A stretch of DNA of 61,052 nucleotides, the filler included, from Sphacelaria rigidula (Eukaryota), in NCBI GenBank assembly GCA_964200075.2. It is 8 parts of 8 records of this genome, joined end to end, with 100 filler letters (N's around TTAATTAATTAA, not from the genome) between each part and the next. Parts side by side here need not be neighbours in the genome. Positions count along the whole stretch, not along the records: positions 7,646 to 15,189 come from CAXNAA020014408.1; positions 15,290 to 22,833 come from CAXNAA020014409.1; positions 22,934 to 30,477 come from CAXNAA020014410.1; 5 more parts are not named here. The stretch is one strand, 5' to 3'. Shown piece by piece: positions 12,152-24,464 of the stretch. Position 1 is the first letter of the stretch; each line of letters begins with the position of its first letter. The position numbers and the translations under genes were made by a program. The notes beneath the pieces were generated by a model that was not told the origin of the DNA, ran no database searches, and saw nothing but the letters and a program-made list of their open reading frames with translations.

Positions 12152-13952
12152 ATGCGAAACCGACGAGCCCGGAGCCTCGCCGTTCGTAGGCGATCAGCGC
12201 AGCGAAGGTTACTTGTCACGCTGAAGCAGCAGGCGCGGCAGCTGGAGGTCCACATGACCCTGCTCTCAGCTTGGAGGTGTTGGACGAGGTCGACGAGTGC
12301 AACAGAGCAGTAAGTACAAGAGAGGTACGCCGTCGGAACACACTAGTCCCGCACTGTAAGTGGCCATGGACACAGTACATCGGGCCCATGATTGCCGACC
12401 ACACTCCTCGGCAACGGTTCCGCGTGCCCCATGCGGACATCATAGTGCTTGTGCCAAAGTTTAGGTGGAAGCTAGAGAGAGGCATGAGATCATGGGACGA
12501 TTACATAGCGGAGCTATTTCCTGAGTGTCAGATCGCCATGATCTTGCGGTGTGGGAGGTCGCCATTCGAGATGATGGACGGGCAGATGTGCGGGAGAAGC
12601 ACAGCTTATGCCGTGAAAGATGGCGTGTTGGAGGCATTCAGCAGATGTGACGAGCTAGCGCGCCAATGGCCTAGCGGCGACGGCGTCACACAGGCCACCG
12701 CACGATTCAAACAGCGCACCCCTCCCGGCGCATCCACCCACGCGGTTGGCGCCGTGGATGCCATGTTTGTCCGAATTGAACATGCGACGGTTGGGCAGCA
12801 CTGTGAACCGCGGAAGTTCCACTCAATGCACAAGAATGTATTCGGCATGAACTTTCAAGTGAGTGCTTCTGACGGATGATCCGCGCAGTAGGGTTGTTGA
12901 CTGTGCTGGTACGATCGAGAGCTGATGCGTCCAATTGTCGTGATCGATCAGATTGAGAGCGGTATCTCAACAGATAAAATCTTGAAATTCAAGATTCCCG
13001 GACCTCAGCACGCCGGTGAGCCCATGACACCTCCAGTCTTGGCTCAATCGCAAAAAACAGACCGGTAAGTGGAACACGAGATAGTTGCTGGAAATCTGGG
13101 ACAGATTTCCATGAGGGGCAGTGTAATAATCCCTGAGTGTCTCGGGAAGTGGCGATACCAGACAATCAGTACACTTCGGGTGGAACAATCTTAGCAGGAT
13201 GCCGGTCCATCCCTCATGCGACTTATGGGACACATCACGGCGCTTCGCGCTTGGTGATTGATTGCGAACCTGATCCGGTGAAAACCCGGCGTACGCCGTC
13301 CCGGCTTTATAAGGATGCGAGGTCAATGGTCATATGACTACGACAGGCAAGATCATGTGTACACCCCCCCTGATCGTTTTCACCCTTCATGTCTCGATCG
13401 TATCACCACTTGTCTTGCGCCACATGCAACTGAAAACATCTGCGCACAGTATTCAATTTTCTTCTGGTGATTAAAGTCTCGCCGATGACATTTCGCCAAC
13501 ACCTCCAGGCTCCACCGAGAAGAAGGTCGCGTTTGGCCCAACATGTTCGACACGTATGTGGCGGTGCGGTTAGGTCGGCGGTGAGGAAATAGCCCTTGTT
13601 CGATATAGACTACACCGCGGAGAATGAAGAATGTGCCGCATGATGATATGTTACTGGATGTCATCCTCCCCTGCAGGCTATCTGCAACTTGGAGTACAAG
13701 ATCATCGCCTGGGTAATGACCTGTTACCGGAGCAAGAGCGATGGCGCCGCATTCGGGCGTTCAGGATTCTCGAGCTTTTTCAAGGATTTCACATTGGTGT
13801 TTTACATCGTGGGCGACGCAGCGCACAGGCCGTCTGACCGCGTCCTGGTGGCCTATCATGGCACCAATCTGTGCGTGTGGCACGACTCGTTCAACTTCAA
13901 CTTATATCAGCCCCAGGGCCGGATCGCGATCGAGCAGATGTTCGGGATCCTT
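12152..13952 (+). pseudogene. PIF/Harbinger (DDE_Tnp_4, HARBI1-like) transposase relic with spliceosomal intron(s); exons about 12152-12858 and 13677-13952
   Basis: Motifs FRV, AVGAVDAMFVRI, FHSMHK..FGMNFQ|AICN, YIVGDAA, SFNF, RIAIEQMFGIL; phase-0 intron CAA|GTGAGT...CTGCAG|GCT; second donor CTT|GTGAGA; frameshift near 12265-12270. Confidence 0.85.
13108..13370 (-). repeat. Family B repeat inserted in the Harbinger intron
   Basis: Carries the family terminus GGGGGGGTGTACACATGATCTTGCC...GACCATTGACCTCGCATCC on the minus strand. Confidence 0.85.
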
Positions 13953-15959
13953 GTGAGAGGGCGCACGAAGGCAATGAGGGACCTTGTGCATGCGAGGGCA
14001 GCAGGGAATAAATGTAATCACGAGTTCATTTTCTATTTACGTGGAGTACACGCTTCGGGGGGGGGGGGGGGGGGTTGAGATCTGGTAACAGGGAGTAGTA
14101 TTGTTTTAGTGAGTTTTTAAAATTAGCTTTTTCCAAAACAACCTGCCCGGGTAGNNNNNNNNNNGGGTGTTTTTGTTGAAAGAGAAGAAGAAAAAAAAAA
14201 TATAATCTATTTTTTTTTTTTTATTAGCGGGTAGCACCGCGGGGGGGGGGGGGGGGGGGTGTAACGACTGCAACGAAGGCCTCTGATTGCTTGATGGATT
14301 GTCTCACATCAGCTGATTGCAACAATCCAGCCCGTGGTCAGGAGCAGTACTATACTGATGTAAAGCATATCTCCCGCTGTAACTGGGAGTTATGTTCCCA
14401 CCTTCGTTCGGTTCTGATACGAACGGCTGCACCCCGCCTAATTTCAATCCCTCGGTTGTGCGGGCAACCTTGTAACCTTCAGAGCAGCCCGATTAAGTCG
14501 GCCAACAGAGAACCACGTCAAGAGACCATGCAGATATTTCAGTTGATCGTAGACGGCATCCCCATCGACAACTCGGCCCACATGCACGGTAATACGCCAT
14601 TGGCCGCCGCTTCAAGGTATCGCTGTAGACAAAACATGACGTCGCAGTCTCAACTCCCGTCCATCGCCGTCCGTGTAACTAAACCCGCAGGTCCGGATAT
14701 AGGGGATATTGTGGCGCCCCATGGAGGCATTCCTGCAGAACGTCCCAGCCGTGGTCAACGCTATCGTCCGTGTACATTACTTGTGCCGGGGGATAAAGGT
14801 GGAAATGCGCTCCAATAGTGACGAAATGCCCGGTGGCTTTCGGCTCCGGTGACTCCATCGTCGGCGACCACTACACAACGGAGCCACGGAAGACAGGGTG
14901 ACCTCCGGCGCTCACCGCCGCTTTCCCACTCACCCTGTCGCGCCCGCGAGATGTGATTATGACCATCCTCGCGATGAGGGGGGGTCACGCGCCCTTCATT
15001 CAACATGCAGCGAAATGCGAGGCGGGGAAGGTCGTCCTGATGTGTCCACACTATTTTCAAATGTTTGTATCAAGTTTCCAATATCGCGCGCGCGCGGGGG
15101 GGGGGGGGGGGGGGGGCCTAATTTTTTGGGGGATAGGAAGTTTAGGGTGATGGGGGGGGTAGGGGGGCGTCTGTGGGCTGTGTTTTTTTNNNNNNNNNNN
15201 NNNNNNNNNNNNNNNNNNNNNNNNNNNNNNNNNTTAATTAATTAANNNNNNNNNNNNNNNNNNNNNNNNNNNNNNNNNNNNNNNNNNNNTCGGGGTCCAC
15301 CAAGGCCTCACTTTGTTCAAAGAATGTATGTACCGCCCTTGCCCGAGGTTTCTCGGTGTGCGTTGGGTTGGAACAACCCAACTAGCCTCCTGGCACTCCA
15401 GCGTATCGCAAGCATGGACAAAAAGCTACGCAGTGGCGCAGTGGCATCCAGCATATATGGAACAACGACGGAAGTAACGGTAGGGTTCTCTATATGAATT
15501 TTGGATCCATGTCGTTCTCTTCCGATGACGTGAGGCATATTCTACCCGACGAGCCTGAATAAGCCCCAAAAGTCGATATGTTCGTGTCTTTTCGTGCTTT
15601 TGGTCGGTGACACTTTTTTTGCCCAGTTTGGGGGGTCAGGCGCGCCCATAACAGTAGACACACACAAAGCCACACATGAATACATAGACTTTCGTTGTTC
15701 TCCTCTCTCTTTTGTCATCATCTATCTTCTCTGTGATTCTTCCCTACGTTACCCTTTGTTTTTTCTCTCCTCTATTCATTTCATTGTTGAACTCTTTTGT
15801 CCTCTGATTCTGCTCGAATTATCTGTTCAACACCAAGATCGCAAGGTGAGACGATATGCTGAATCGGCATCCTTGACACTCGAAAAAAAAAGGAAATTAT
15901 ATGCCGATCCAATACTTAGCAAACCTACCCTGGCGAACTAAGGGTTAAGCAAGTGGTTA

Positions 15960-16110
15960 TTATTCATCATTATTCATTCTTATTCATTCTTTTTTTTATT
16001 CTAATTCTTCTAATTCTTCTAATTATTCTTCTTCTAATTCTTCTAATTATTATTCTAATTATTATTCTAATTACAATATAACCCTAACCCTAACCCTATA
16101 ATAATAATAA
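15960..16110. repeat. TTC/TTA low-complexity tract followed by three CCCTAA telomere-like units
   Basis: Degenerate (TTCTTCTAA)n run, then AACCCTAACCCTAACCCTA at about 16080-16098. Confidence 0.75.
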
Positions 16111-17108
16111 TTTTCGGCAGGTCTATCTTGAAACCAATAGATTCGTCGCGGGTCAGTTGATGTCAACGACGATCAATCAACCAACAAATCGATCAATCAA
16201 AAGTCCGCCAACGGCAGCGGTCGAACGAACGCGCGCGTGGCAACACACACACACAAGACAGACAAAAGACACACAGGAACGACCGATGGCCGATACGGAA
16301 TGAGGAATATTGGACTGGGTACCATGAGAGGACAAACGCAGCCGCAACGAGAAAAAAAAAAAAATGAAACAAAACAAGTGCAATTTTTCTTTTCACAATT
16401 TTTGCTTTCATGTTCCTTGTTTCCAAGCTCTTGGTTCCAAGATTTATGTTTGAGTTTTTTCGTCGGATTTTTTTCTTCTCCGTTCCTTCTATTTTTTTTC
16501 ATCTTGAGTCCCTTGTCAACTTTTTTCTTTCACTTTCCCTTACTTTTTCTCCCGTCGTTGTTTCCTGCTACTTGTGCAAATGACCTCACGTTTTCCCTCT
16601 TCTCACGCTGTATAATGACTGAAAAAAAACAAAAACAAATTGCGATTTGAAATAATGAAAACAACACAAAACGCATCTGTCGGGGGTGAGTTTGATTTTC
16701 CTGAAAATCCTCCGAAAACAGCGGGAGTCGGTAGTAATACCAATTCGATCGTCGTGGAGGGGAGGGGGAGGGGGGGGGGGGGCATTGGACATCTCGTTAC
16801 CTTTCTTCTCCTTTTTCGCACCCGATCGTGTTGTCGCTGGGGAGCGGGTCCAGCCCATCACTCCAAACGCGCCACTTGGTTGCGATTGTGTAGCTAACCT
16901 GCCCAACAGAAAAAAGCAGCACAGTGCAGTACAGTATCGGGTGGCGGGGTATTCATCATCCTGTAGGACAGTTTTCAGCAGTGGGGTAATACAGTCTAAT
17001 CATGTTCATCTCTTTTACCCCTCTGGGTTTCTTTTCACCCTTTTCACCGCTGCTGTACTGTACGAGTAGGGCAATTTTCAGCGGTGGTAATGAATCCAGT
17101 CTACTCAT

Positions 17109-17486
17109 GACTAACGCCGAGATACCCCCCCCCCCACAAAAAGTGCACCGGAGACCGTCCGACAAACCGGCTGCGATCCCACTATTGGGCTCGTTTGCAG
17201 CAATTTCGCCCATATGAGAGACGTGTAGCAGTCCGAAATCAGCTGCAACGCCCAAATGACTCGCGTCGTACCGCACGAAACCAGCTTGAACGGCATTTAT
17301 GGTCATCACCTCCGTGCGCTTTTTTGGCCGGTTCGGGGGGGGGGGGGGGAGTGCTAGTGCGNNNNNNNNNNCTGCCCCGGTTCTTCCCAGTAGACCCTCG
17401 CTGACGAGAGCTTGGTGGTCCTCGCCCCCGCGCGTTTTTCTGGCTGGTACGGGGGGGGGGGGGTGAGGGCTATGTCGGCAGCAGTC
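17109..17486. mobile_element. MITE family A, copy 2 (contains a 10-N gap)
   Basis: Internal sequence homologous to 4283-4532; ends GACTAACGCCGAGATACCCC / GGGCTATGTCGGCAGCAGTC; flanks TCAT / TGAT (imperfect 4-bp TSD). Confidence 0.8.
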
Positions 17487-17546
17487 TGATGTTTGCCTCT
17501 TTCACCTTTCTGTCTTTTTCACATTTTACCTCACCATCTAGTATTA

Positions 17547-18508
17547 CAGTATAGTTTTGAGCCCAAATAGGGGATTTTTGTAAATTCTTTGTAGTCGGCG
17601 ATTTTCAAAAGTTTTCCCGCGTGCCACCGCTCATCCCAGTGAACGGTAGATCCCGGAGTGAGTAGATCGGGAGATACTTGACATCCGCTCTACATTCCTC
17701 AACAAAAATCGTCTCTGCACTCAATTTTGAACGTCTTACGGGCTGAATTGATGACGGGGAGGGGGGGTTATTGACCGGTTTTGTGGTCCAAAAACGCATG
17801 TCTTTTCGGCTCCGGCGCAGTGAATAGGTGACAATAAAAAAAGATGTGTCTGTAAAATTATGAAAGAGAACGATCAGAATTGGTTCCTCCCTCCCTGTGC
17901 TATGCATTATGAGTACATGCCCCCCCGTGTTGTGAAGAGCTCGGTTGGACACTTTTTCGTTTTTGGATACTTTCCTGAGTTTTCTCGTATAATACTCTAC
18001 CTTAGCACTCGAAAGTCCCAGAATCGATAGATATTGGGGTAGGAAGCAGGTCGTGCTCAGGACAAAACCTTTAATTGGTGTTTTCAGGATGATACGGAGT
18101 AAGTATCTCGTTCACCAGGGGAATGTTACCAACCGCCACTGGTCCAGAAAAGACAGTTTTTCGGCTCAAGCGCAAGGAATAGGCAGAAAATGAAAAAGCG
18201 AACGTTCCTTTTCATTTTTTCACGGGAAAGATCGGGATTGCTTCAATCGAGCAAAATACCCAAGAGTCAGAACCTGGGGCTGGGTAGTCGCAGGTCGCCC
18301 GAGACCCGATCGGCCCGTAAGACGTTCAATATTGAGGGCAGAGATGATTTTGTTTCGGAATGTAGAGCGGATCCCTGGTATATTTCGACCCCAAATCTTT
18401 GGAAGCAACCGTTCACCGGGATGAGCAGTGGCACGCGAAAACAATATTGAAAATCGCCGACTACGAGAAAATTACAAAAATCCTCTACTTCAGCTGAAAA
18501 CTACCGTG
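17547..18508. mobile_element. Long-TIR foldback/MITE (about 960 bp)
   Basis: GTAGTCGGCGATTTTCAA...CGCGTGCCAC.GCTCATCCC.GTGAACGGT at 17591-17648 is mirrored at 18408-18464, with weaker symmetry continuing inward; right end CCGTG (CACGG terminus). Confidence 0.8.
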
Positions 18509-18765
18509 GGACAATTTCTTGCAGTGATCTACGGTCTACTCTGTTTTGCCTGCTCTACTAATACCCCCTGTTTTGTTCATTTTTTCCCCATAACCCTGAA
18601 CAGCAGATTGCATCGGCAAAGAGTGTATTTGTTGGGTGCAATGTCGAATATTTCTTCTACTGCGACAGACAAAATATTCGATCCTGTACTCCTCTTTGCC
18701 AATGTAATCTATTGCCATTATCCAGCGTGTGCTTTTTTCTTCAGCGAGTCTTCTCGTTTCGTCGC

Positions 18766-21170
18766 CTACGTTGGGTACTGCACGTCCATCTTGCCACTGA
18801 CCACGGCCGAATTCCTAGGGGATCATCAGATGAATGTGTGACAACCAGCCAATCAATCAGCACATTTATGTCTATTTCACACGTCGGACAAATCACGATC
18901 AGTCTGACAATTACTTATCAGTATGCCGATCCGGATCATGATCTAGATCCGCTGGCCCCCTTTCTCATCTTCATTCCCTAGAGCGCCGCACTCCGAGCAC
19001 GCCGAGTAGCGCGAAAGTTGCGCTTTGGCTTTCCTGACTCCGCGGTCACATATTTTTTCGTCTTTCTTGACCAACAGATTCGAGGGTCTCCTTTGATTGG
19101 TTGTTTCAGACAGATCATGATCTGCCCGAGGTGTGGTATATTTGCTTGTCGCGCAATTTTGTAACCGGTCCTCTTACGAATTCAGGCGGCAGAAGTGAAA
19201 CTCATGAAAAGAGAAAGATAAGGAAAGGAAGGAAGGGAAAGGACGGGAAGAGCCGCCATATCGCGGGTTCACTTATCGCCTTCGTTACTCCCCCCCTCAA
19301 CCCCCCCAGCCTGGTTCGGCAAAAATCCACGCGCTTTGTCCCGGCTTTGTAGGAAAGCACCTACTATGGGGTTGGCGTGGGGTGGCGATGACGTTGTAAA
19401 ATATGCCACTCACTGCATAAGCTGGGCGACCAGGTCACCGTTTTCTCTTTGCGCGCTTGCTTTTTCCCGCGGTAACCATGATAGTGGACGAGCGAGATCA
19501 TGTTGTGTGGGGGGCGAAAACCTCAATTCCGTGCAAAGGGAATGTAGTGTTTAAATGGTGAGACACCCATGACGCAGTGTGGAACCCGTAGCTGTCTCTG
19601 GAAGGGGCGATACCAGGAGATGAAGCAGCCCATTGGAGGCTGGCATCCGAATGCAAGATAATCGGTACGCTTCAGGCCGACCGGTATTAGCCGGATGAAG
19701 CTCACCCGTCATGCGACTCGCCGAAGACACCACGGCGCTTCGCGCTTGGTGATTAATTGTGAGCGTGGTCTGGCGAAAACCCGGCCGTGCCCCGTCCCGG
19801 TTTTGTAGGGATGCGAGGGCGACGGTCGTACGGTTATGACATGCAAGATCGCGGGCTGGAGAAGCATTACTCCCGCACCGCATCGACTGTCGTCAAACAA
19901 ACTCGAACAAACACGTTTTGCTACGAAGGTAGTCACGTACATCCCCACGCCTTCAACGACGGGAATCTAACACTTCGCAGAAAAATTGCAAAACTAACAC
20001 GCATCTGGACGGAATCGAGTCCGCGTTTTGCTCCGATCATGAGTACCCCCCTACCCTTCCCCTTCCCACTGCTGCCCCAAGCTAACCTGTACAACTCCCC
20101 AACCACCCGAACGGCGTCCGGCCCGCCGTCGATCATGACGCGAGATATTGCAGGCCCTGGCAACCACAGCCACTCCGCAGAGGCGATGTCGCTCGCAGCG
20201 CACGCTCGCTGCAGCTCTCCGTGCCCACCCGGCGCCGGTGGCTCTCGCTGTTCCCCATCTTGATCTGAATGCGGCGGTGTGTCTCCACACTCCACCTGTA
20301 ATACACACAGGCACACGGAACAGTTCCGCTTGTAAGGATTGCGTTCGGGAAGCATTGCGGCTGAACTGTTTTAGTTGAATCGAGAGGTGCGAAATCGGGC
20401 CCATATATATATATATATATATACAGTATGTATATTTCCCCCGTGTTTCGTATTCCCCCATGTTTTGTTCTTCTTCTTCACCTCTTTCGGCTTTTCCCCC
20501 TTGCTCCCTTTGATTGTCCATTCACCCAAGATCATAGAGGGCAAGTAATTACGCATGATTGGCTCCACGGGGCAAGGGTATGCACATATATCTCCACGCA
20601 TGGCACAGTCAGGCCAAGGAAAAGTGCTAGCTGTCACAATGCCAATGTGTGGATACGCTCCACCAGGCTGTCATCATCTAGAAGAGTGCCGTGTGCGTCG
20701 TGAACGATATTTTCCTTCTTTCTCAAGTCGAGCCATCAGTAACACTTTCTCTCTATGTTACCCACCACTCACGTCCTCCCCTACACTCCACCAGGCTATT
20801 TTAGGCTACGAAAGGTCCCTGAGATCGAATGGAGATCAGTATCGCACACTGTTCATTGTCTAGAAGAGTGCCGTGTGTAAGGTGTGAAATATATTTCACC
20901 TATTTCTCAATTCGAGTCATCAATAACATTTCTTCTCCATGTTACACTCCACGCACGCCGCACCCCCCCCCCCCTCCCCCGACGGCAAAAACACAGCGCG
21001 CTCCGTGAGGTCAATGGTCATATGACTACGACATGCAAGATCATGAGTAGACCCAAGGTCCCAGGCACAGGATAGGTGTACCCAAGGTATACAAAACAGG
21101 AGCGTACATGCCCCCAGGGACCAAGCACGGGCCTTCAACGCAGGGAAATTGAGCTTTGGCATTGCTGAGT
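18766..21170 (-). CDS. Possible 3' exons of an unknown gene (about 21098-21165, 20087-20264, 18766-18814)
   Basis: GC-rich AG/GT-bounded segments join in frame as ...QDGEQREPPAPGG...VVGELYR|NSAVVSGKMDVQYPT*. No recognised homology, and a second frame is also open. Confidence 0.3.
18878..19135. mobile_element. MITE with CACAC termini and GATC-rich 30-bp TIRs
   Basis: CACACGTCGGACAAATCACGATCAGTCTGA versus TCAGACAGATCATGATCTGCCCGAGGTGTG. Confidence 0.7.
19290..19852 (-). repeat. Family B repeat, near full length
   Basis: Contains both copies of the internal ~45-bp direct repeat (about 19308-19353 and 19765-19810) and ends in a C/G tract. Confidence 0.85.
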
Positions 21171-21709
21171 AAAGCATACAAGATAGCAGCAGAAAAGAAC
21201 TGTAGCCACAACATGAACAAATTTACATGCTATTCATCATTGCGGTGTGCTTGGATGTCGGAAGCAGTTTCAGACATATGGGGGACTTGGTTTGACGGCA
21301 ACGAATGTCTGTATGTAACAGCAGGCCTAGCTCGCCCGTACAGTGCATTTGGTACATAAATATTGGAAGGAAAATTGTGCTTCGCCACATACTTCACCAC
21401 GACGCCAGCAGTCAACCCCCCCCCCCGCCCCCCCCACGAGACTGTCATTTGAATCATGACCCTGCTTGATTTCACTACCCTCGTACTGTACCTACCCCAT
21501 ATCCTTTAATGAAAGTCGTTGCTGTAACAAACACCGCTTGCCACGTACAGCACTCCCACCCATATATGCGTCATTTTCCGAACTCAACTTCTCCATACCG
21601 ATGGTACCCCACGACACCCAAAGGCATCTATGTCGCTGAAATGGTACGATGCCGTCCTCAAAGCACATCTCATCTATTCGTCATTAAATCTACATATCCT
21701 TCGACACTG

Positions 21710-22085
21710 AAATGCAGAATCTCGCGAGTCTTAAGCAAAGTAAAAAGTCGAAGTGACCTTTGTTCAACCCTTTCGGCGCCAGGCTTATTTTCGGAACAAA
21801 ATCGCCGGCTACTTCTGAGACGGGTTGATCCCCGTTCGCCTCCAAATTATCTGCGGTTGACACATTTTCAAGTACCGCCAACGCCAATCCCAACCCCAAC
21901 CTGAAGGCACACCGAGAACCCTTGGGCAAGGGGGGTACAAAGGGTGCCCTAGGCAAAGTGCGCATCGGCAGACCTCAAGAAAATCGCCGCTGCTTAGACG
22001 CTGATTCGAATAAAAACGCGTTGTCCACACGCTAGGAGCACTGGGGACTACTGTAGACTCTACTAATAAAATTTGAATCTTGATG
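21710..22085 (-). repeat. Family H dispersed repeat
   Basis: Homologous to 11720-11905; TTTCGGAACAA.ATCGCCGGCT is also present at about 10287-10308. Confidence 0.7.
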
Positions 22086-22760
22086 TTCACACTCAAATCA
22101 AATAATATTAGCCATGGATAAATTGAAGGCGAACTGAGGTTAACTCTACTGCTGATTTTCAACGCCGGTGACCCCTCTGGCTAACAATGCTGAGCAGATC
22201 CTTCTTCTGTGTGCGAGCATCACCCTCCATGACAACAGCATAAGATCACCATATACCGTTTATTCCGTTACCCCCCACCTCTGACTTATTCCATATGATT
22301 TTATTTTATTTTTGCAAAATAAGCTAATCTTCAACACACTGCCAATCGTTCACATCGAAGGGGGATCAGCGCCCCCAATGGGTGAGAGTGAGCCTTTTTG
22401 ACCGTCAAGCACTCGACAGCGACTTGAGTCCATGTGTGGCAATGCACAAAAACTTCGTGTATCGACTCTTGCATGCGGGCCGTGCTCCTACAGTAAACTT
22501 CTCACTTCTTTTTTTTTCTTGACGTCGTAACGTTTTTTTTTTTTTTTTTTTTTGTCGTATCAGGGTTTTTTTTTTTTTCCAAAAAGTAAAAAGGGGTAGA
22601 GTTTTTTCTCCCCTAATAGGTGTGTACGTACAGTACAGAACGTATGATGATTCGGCCTCTATCTTTACCGACAAGTATGGAGTCCTAAGACTTCGTTTTC
22701 CATCTGCGCGTGGTGCTCGTAGGTTTAAATGTCATTTAGTTCTTCGAACAGCAACCAGGA

Positions 22761-22833
22761 GAGGGGTGTACTCATGATCATGCATGCCGTAGTCATCAGA
22801 CCATTGACCTCGCATCCCTACAAAGCCGGGACG
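22761..22833 (+). repeat. Family B terminus at contig end
   Basis: GGGGTGTACTCATGATCATGCATGCCGTAGTCATCAGACCATTGACCTCGCATCCCTACAAAGCCGGGACG. Confidence 0.85.
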
Positions 22834-23230
22834 NNNNNNNNNNNNNNNNNNNNNNNNNNNNNNNNNNNNNNNNNNNNTTAATTAATTAANNNNNNNNNNN
22901 NNNNNNNNNNNNNNNNNNNNNNNNNNNNNNNNNGGTTTTCGCCGGACCAGGCTCGCACTCAATCACCAAGCGCGAAGCGCCGTCGAAGGGGGGGGGGGCG
23001 GTCACACATACTGAGGGGTAAAGATGAGCTATCTCAAAACTCCGAACTCCGAACACAAAAGTGACGTGGCCGTGTTGTGAGTCAAGGGGTAAACATGAGC
23101 TATTTCCGAACTCCGGACACAAAATTTCTCAGAACTCAGAACACAAACCTGAGTGACCTGGCTGTGTCGCATGAGTTGACGGGTAGAGGTGAGCTATCTC
23201 AGAACTCAGAACACAAAAGTAAGAGGCACA

Positions 23231-23538
23231 CACACGCGGCCATTTGGCTACCCCCCAAAATGCCTCCGGAGGGATGCGCAGCCCTAAAGAGGCAGAACAA
23301 AAAGCAAGCCTCCGGAGGAGTTTAATGCCTCTGGAGGAAACCAAACACTACCGAGGCCGCGCACCCCTCCGGAGGAATTTGGGGGTATGCGCGGCCCTCA
23401 AGAGGCAAAAATAAGCGTCCGGAGGCGTGTAATCTCTCTGGAGAGCCGCGCACCCCTCCGGAGGTGTTTATTCTTCTGGAGGCTCGAAAAGTATATCCAC
23501 CTGCAGGAGTTTTGGAGGTAGCCAAATTGCCGCGTGTG
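23231..23538. mobile_element. CACTA/CMC-like MITE with subterminal CCTCCGGAGG repeats
   Basis: TIRs CACACGCGGCCATTTGGCTACC / GGTAGCCAAATTGCCGCGTGTG; CA on both flanks (possible 2-bp TSD); interrupts an array of GAGCTATCTCAGAACTCAGAACAC repeats. Confidence 0.8.
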
Positions 23539-23638
23539 CATCTCTGTGTACAGAATGAGTTGTTTCAGAACTCAGAACACATAACGGAGCACCACATCAC
23601 TCTTTTTATTCTGTGATTTTTTAATCTTTAATTCACAC

Positions 23639-23942
23639 GGCCAGAATGTGCACCGCTGATTCATCTTCAATAACTCACCTGACCAAGATATGCACCGATG
23701 AGTTATAGTCTATAACAAACTCGCCCAAGATATGCATCGATGAGTTACAGTTCATAACTCACTCGGCCAGAATGTGCATAACTGAGTTATAGTTTATAAC
23801 TCACTCGGCCAGATTGTGCACAACTGAGTTATAGTTTATAACTCACCTAGCCAGTATGTGCATATCTGAATTATAGTTTATAACTCACCCGGCTGGAATG
23901 CGCATAACTGAGTGATGCTGCTATAACTCACTGGTGAGTTAT
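23639..23942. repeat. 42-bp palindrome-containing minisatellite, about 7 units
   Basis: Consensus GCCAGAATGTGCATAACTGAGTTATAGTTTATAACTCACTCG with inner inverted repeat TGAGTTATA-gtt-TATAACTCA. Confidence 0.9.
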
Positions 23943-24464
23943 GCCAAAAAGAGTTAACTCGTAGTAACCTGAGTTGACTTGTCCGACGTGTGAACTTTTT
24001 ACAGTTTTTTTATATGGCATACGTATAAGACACAGTCGGACGGTGAATGTGACTTATCCTACCCGGACGGTGTGTGTGTGTGTGGGTTGTAGCTTCTCAC
24101 TCGGTGAAAGGGTACGGAGTGTGCGGAGTCGTGACGTGGACTTGAACAGGACGGAATTTGCAAGCCGGTTTGGGTTGGGGTACAGAACTGACGGAGGGGG
24201 GGATGCACCCACGAGGGAACATCCTGACACGGGAGAATGATACTCCCAGACTGGGGATTGGATGATGACAGTCCCAGGGTGACAGGCCCGGGAAGACGGT
24301 CCGGGTTGACTAGCCCGGGGTTCTTAGTAAGCGGGTCGGGTCATACAGAGGTCATAATAACATATCCCCCCAGCTACAGCGGTGTTAGAGCGCGACTCCG
24401 CTGAAGCTAAAAACGGGGATTTTAACCTCTAGGAACAAGACCTGACGAGTTTACAAATATCCAA

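Noticed and set aside
14241..14900. G-run followed by TGTAACGAC, resembling a PPT plus LTR start
   Set aside because: No matching GTTACA end or linked pol sequence within the contig, and G-runs are ubiquitous here.
16080..16098. Telomere
   Set aside because: Only three CCCTAA units, internal to a contig and embedded in low-complexity DNA.
22761..23000. Family B sequence appears to continue across the linker (…AAAGCCGGGACG | GGTTTTCGCCGGACC…)
   Set aside because: Contigs are ordered by length and both simply break in the same high-copy repeat, so adjacency is not supported.
23639..23942. CRISPR-like palindromic array
   Set aside because: The linkers are homologous to each other, there are no cas genes, and the context is eukaryotic.
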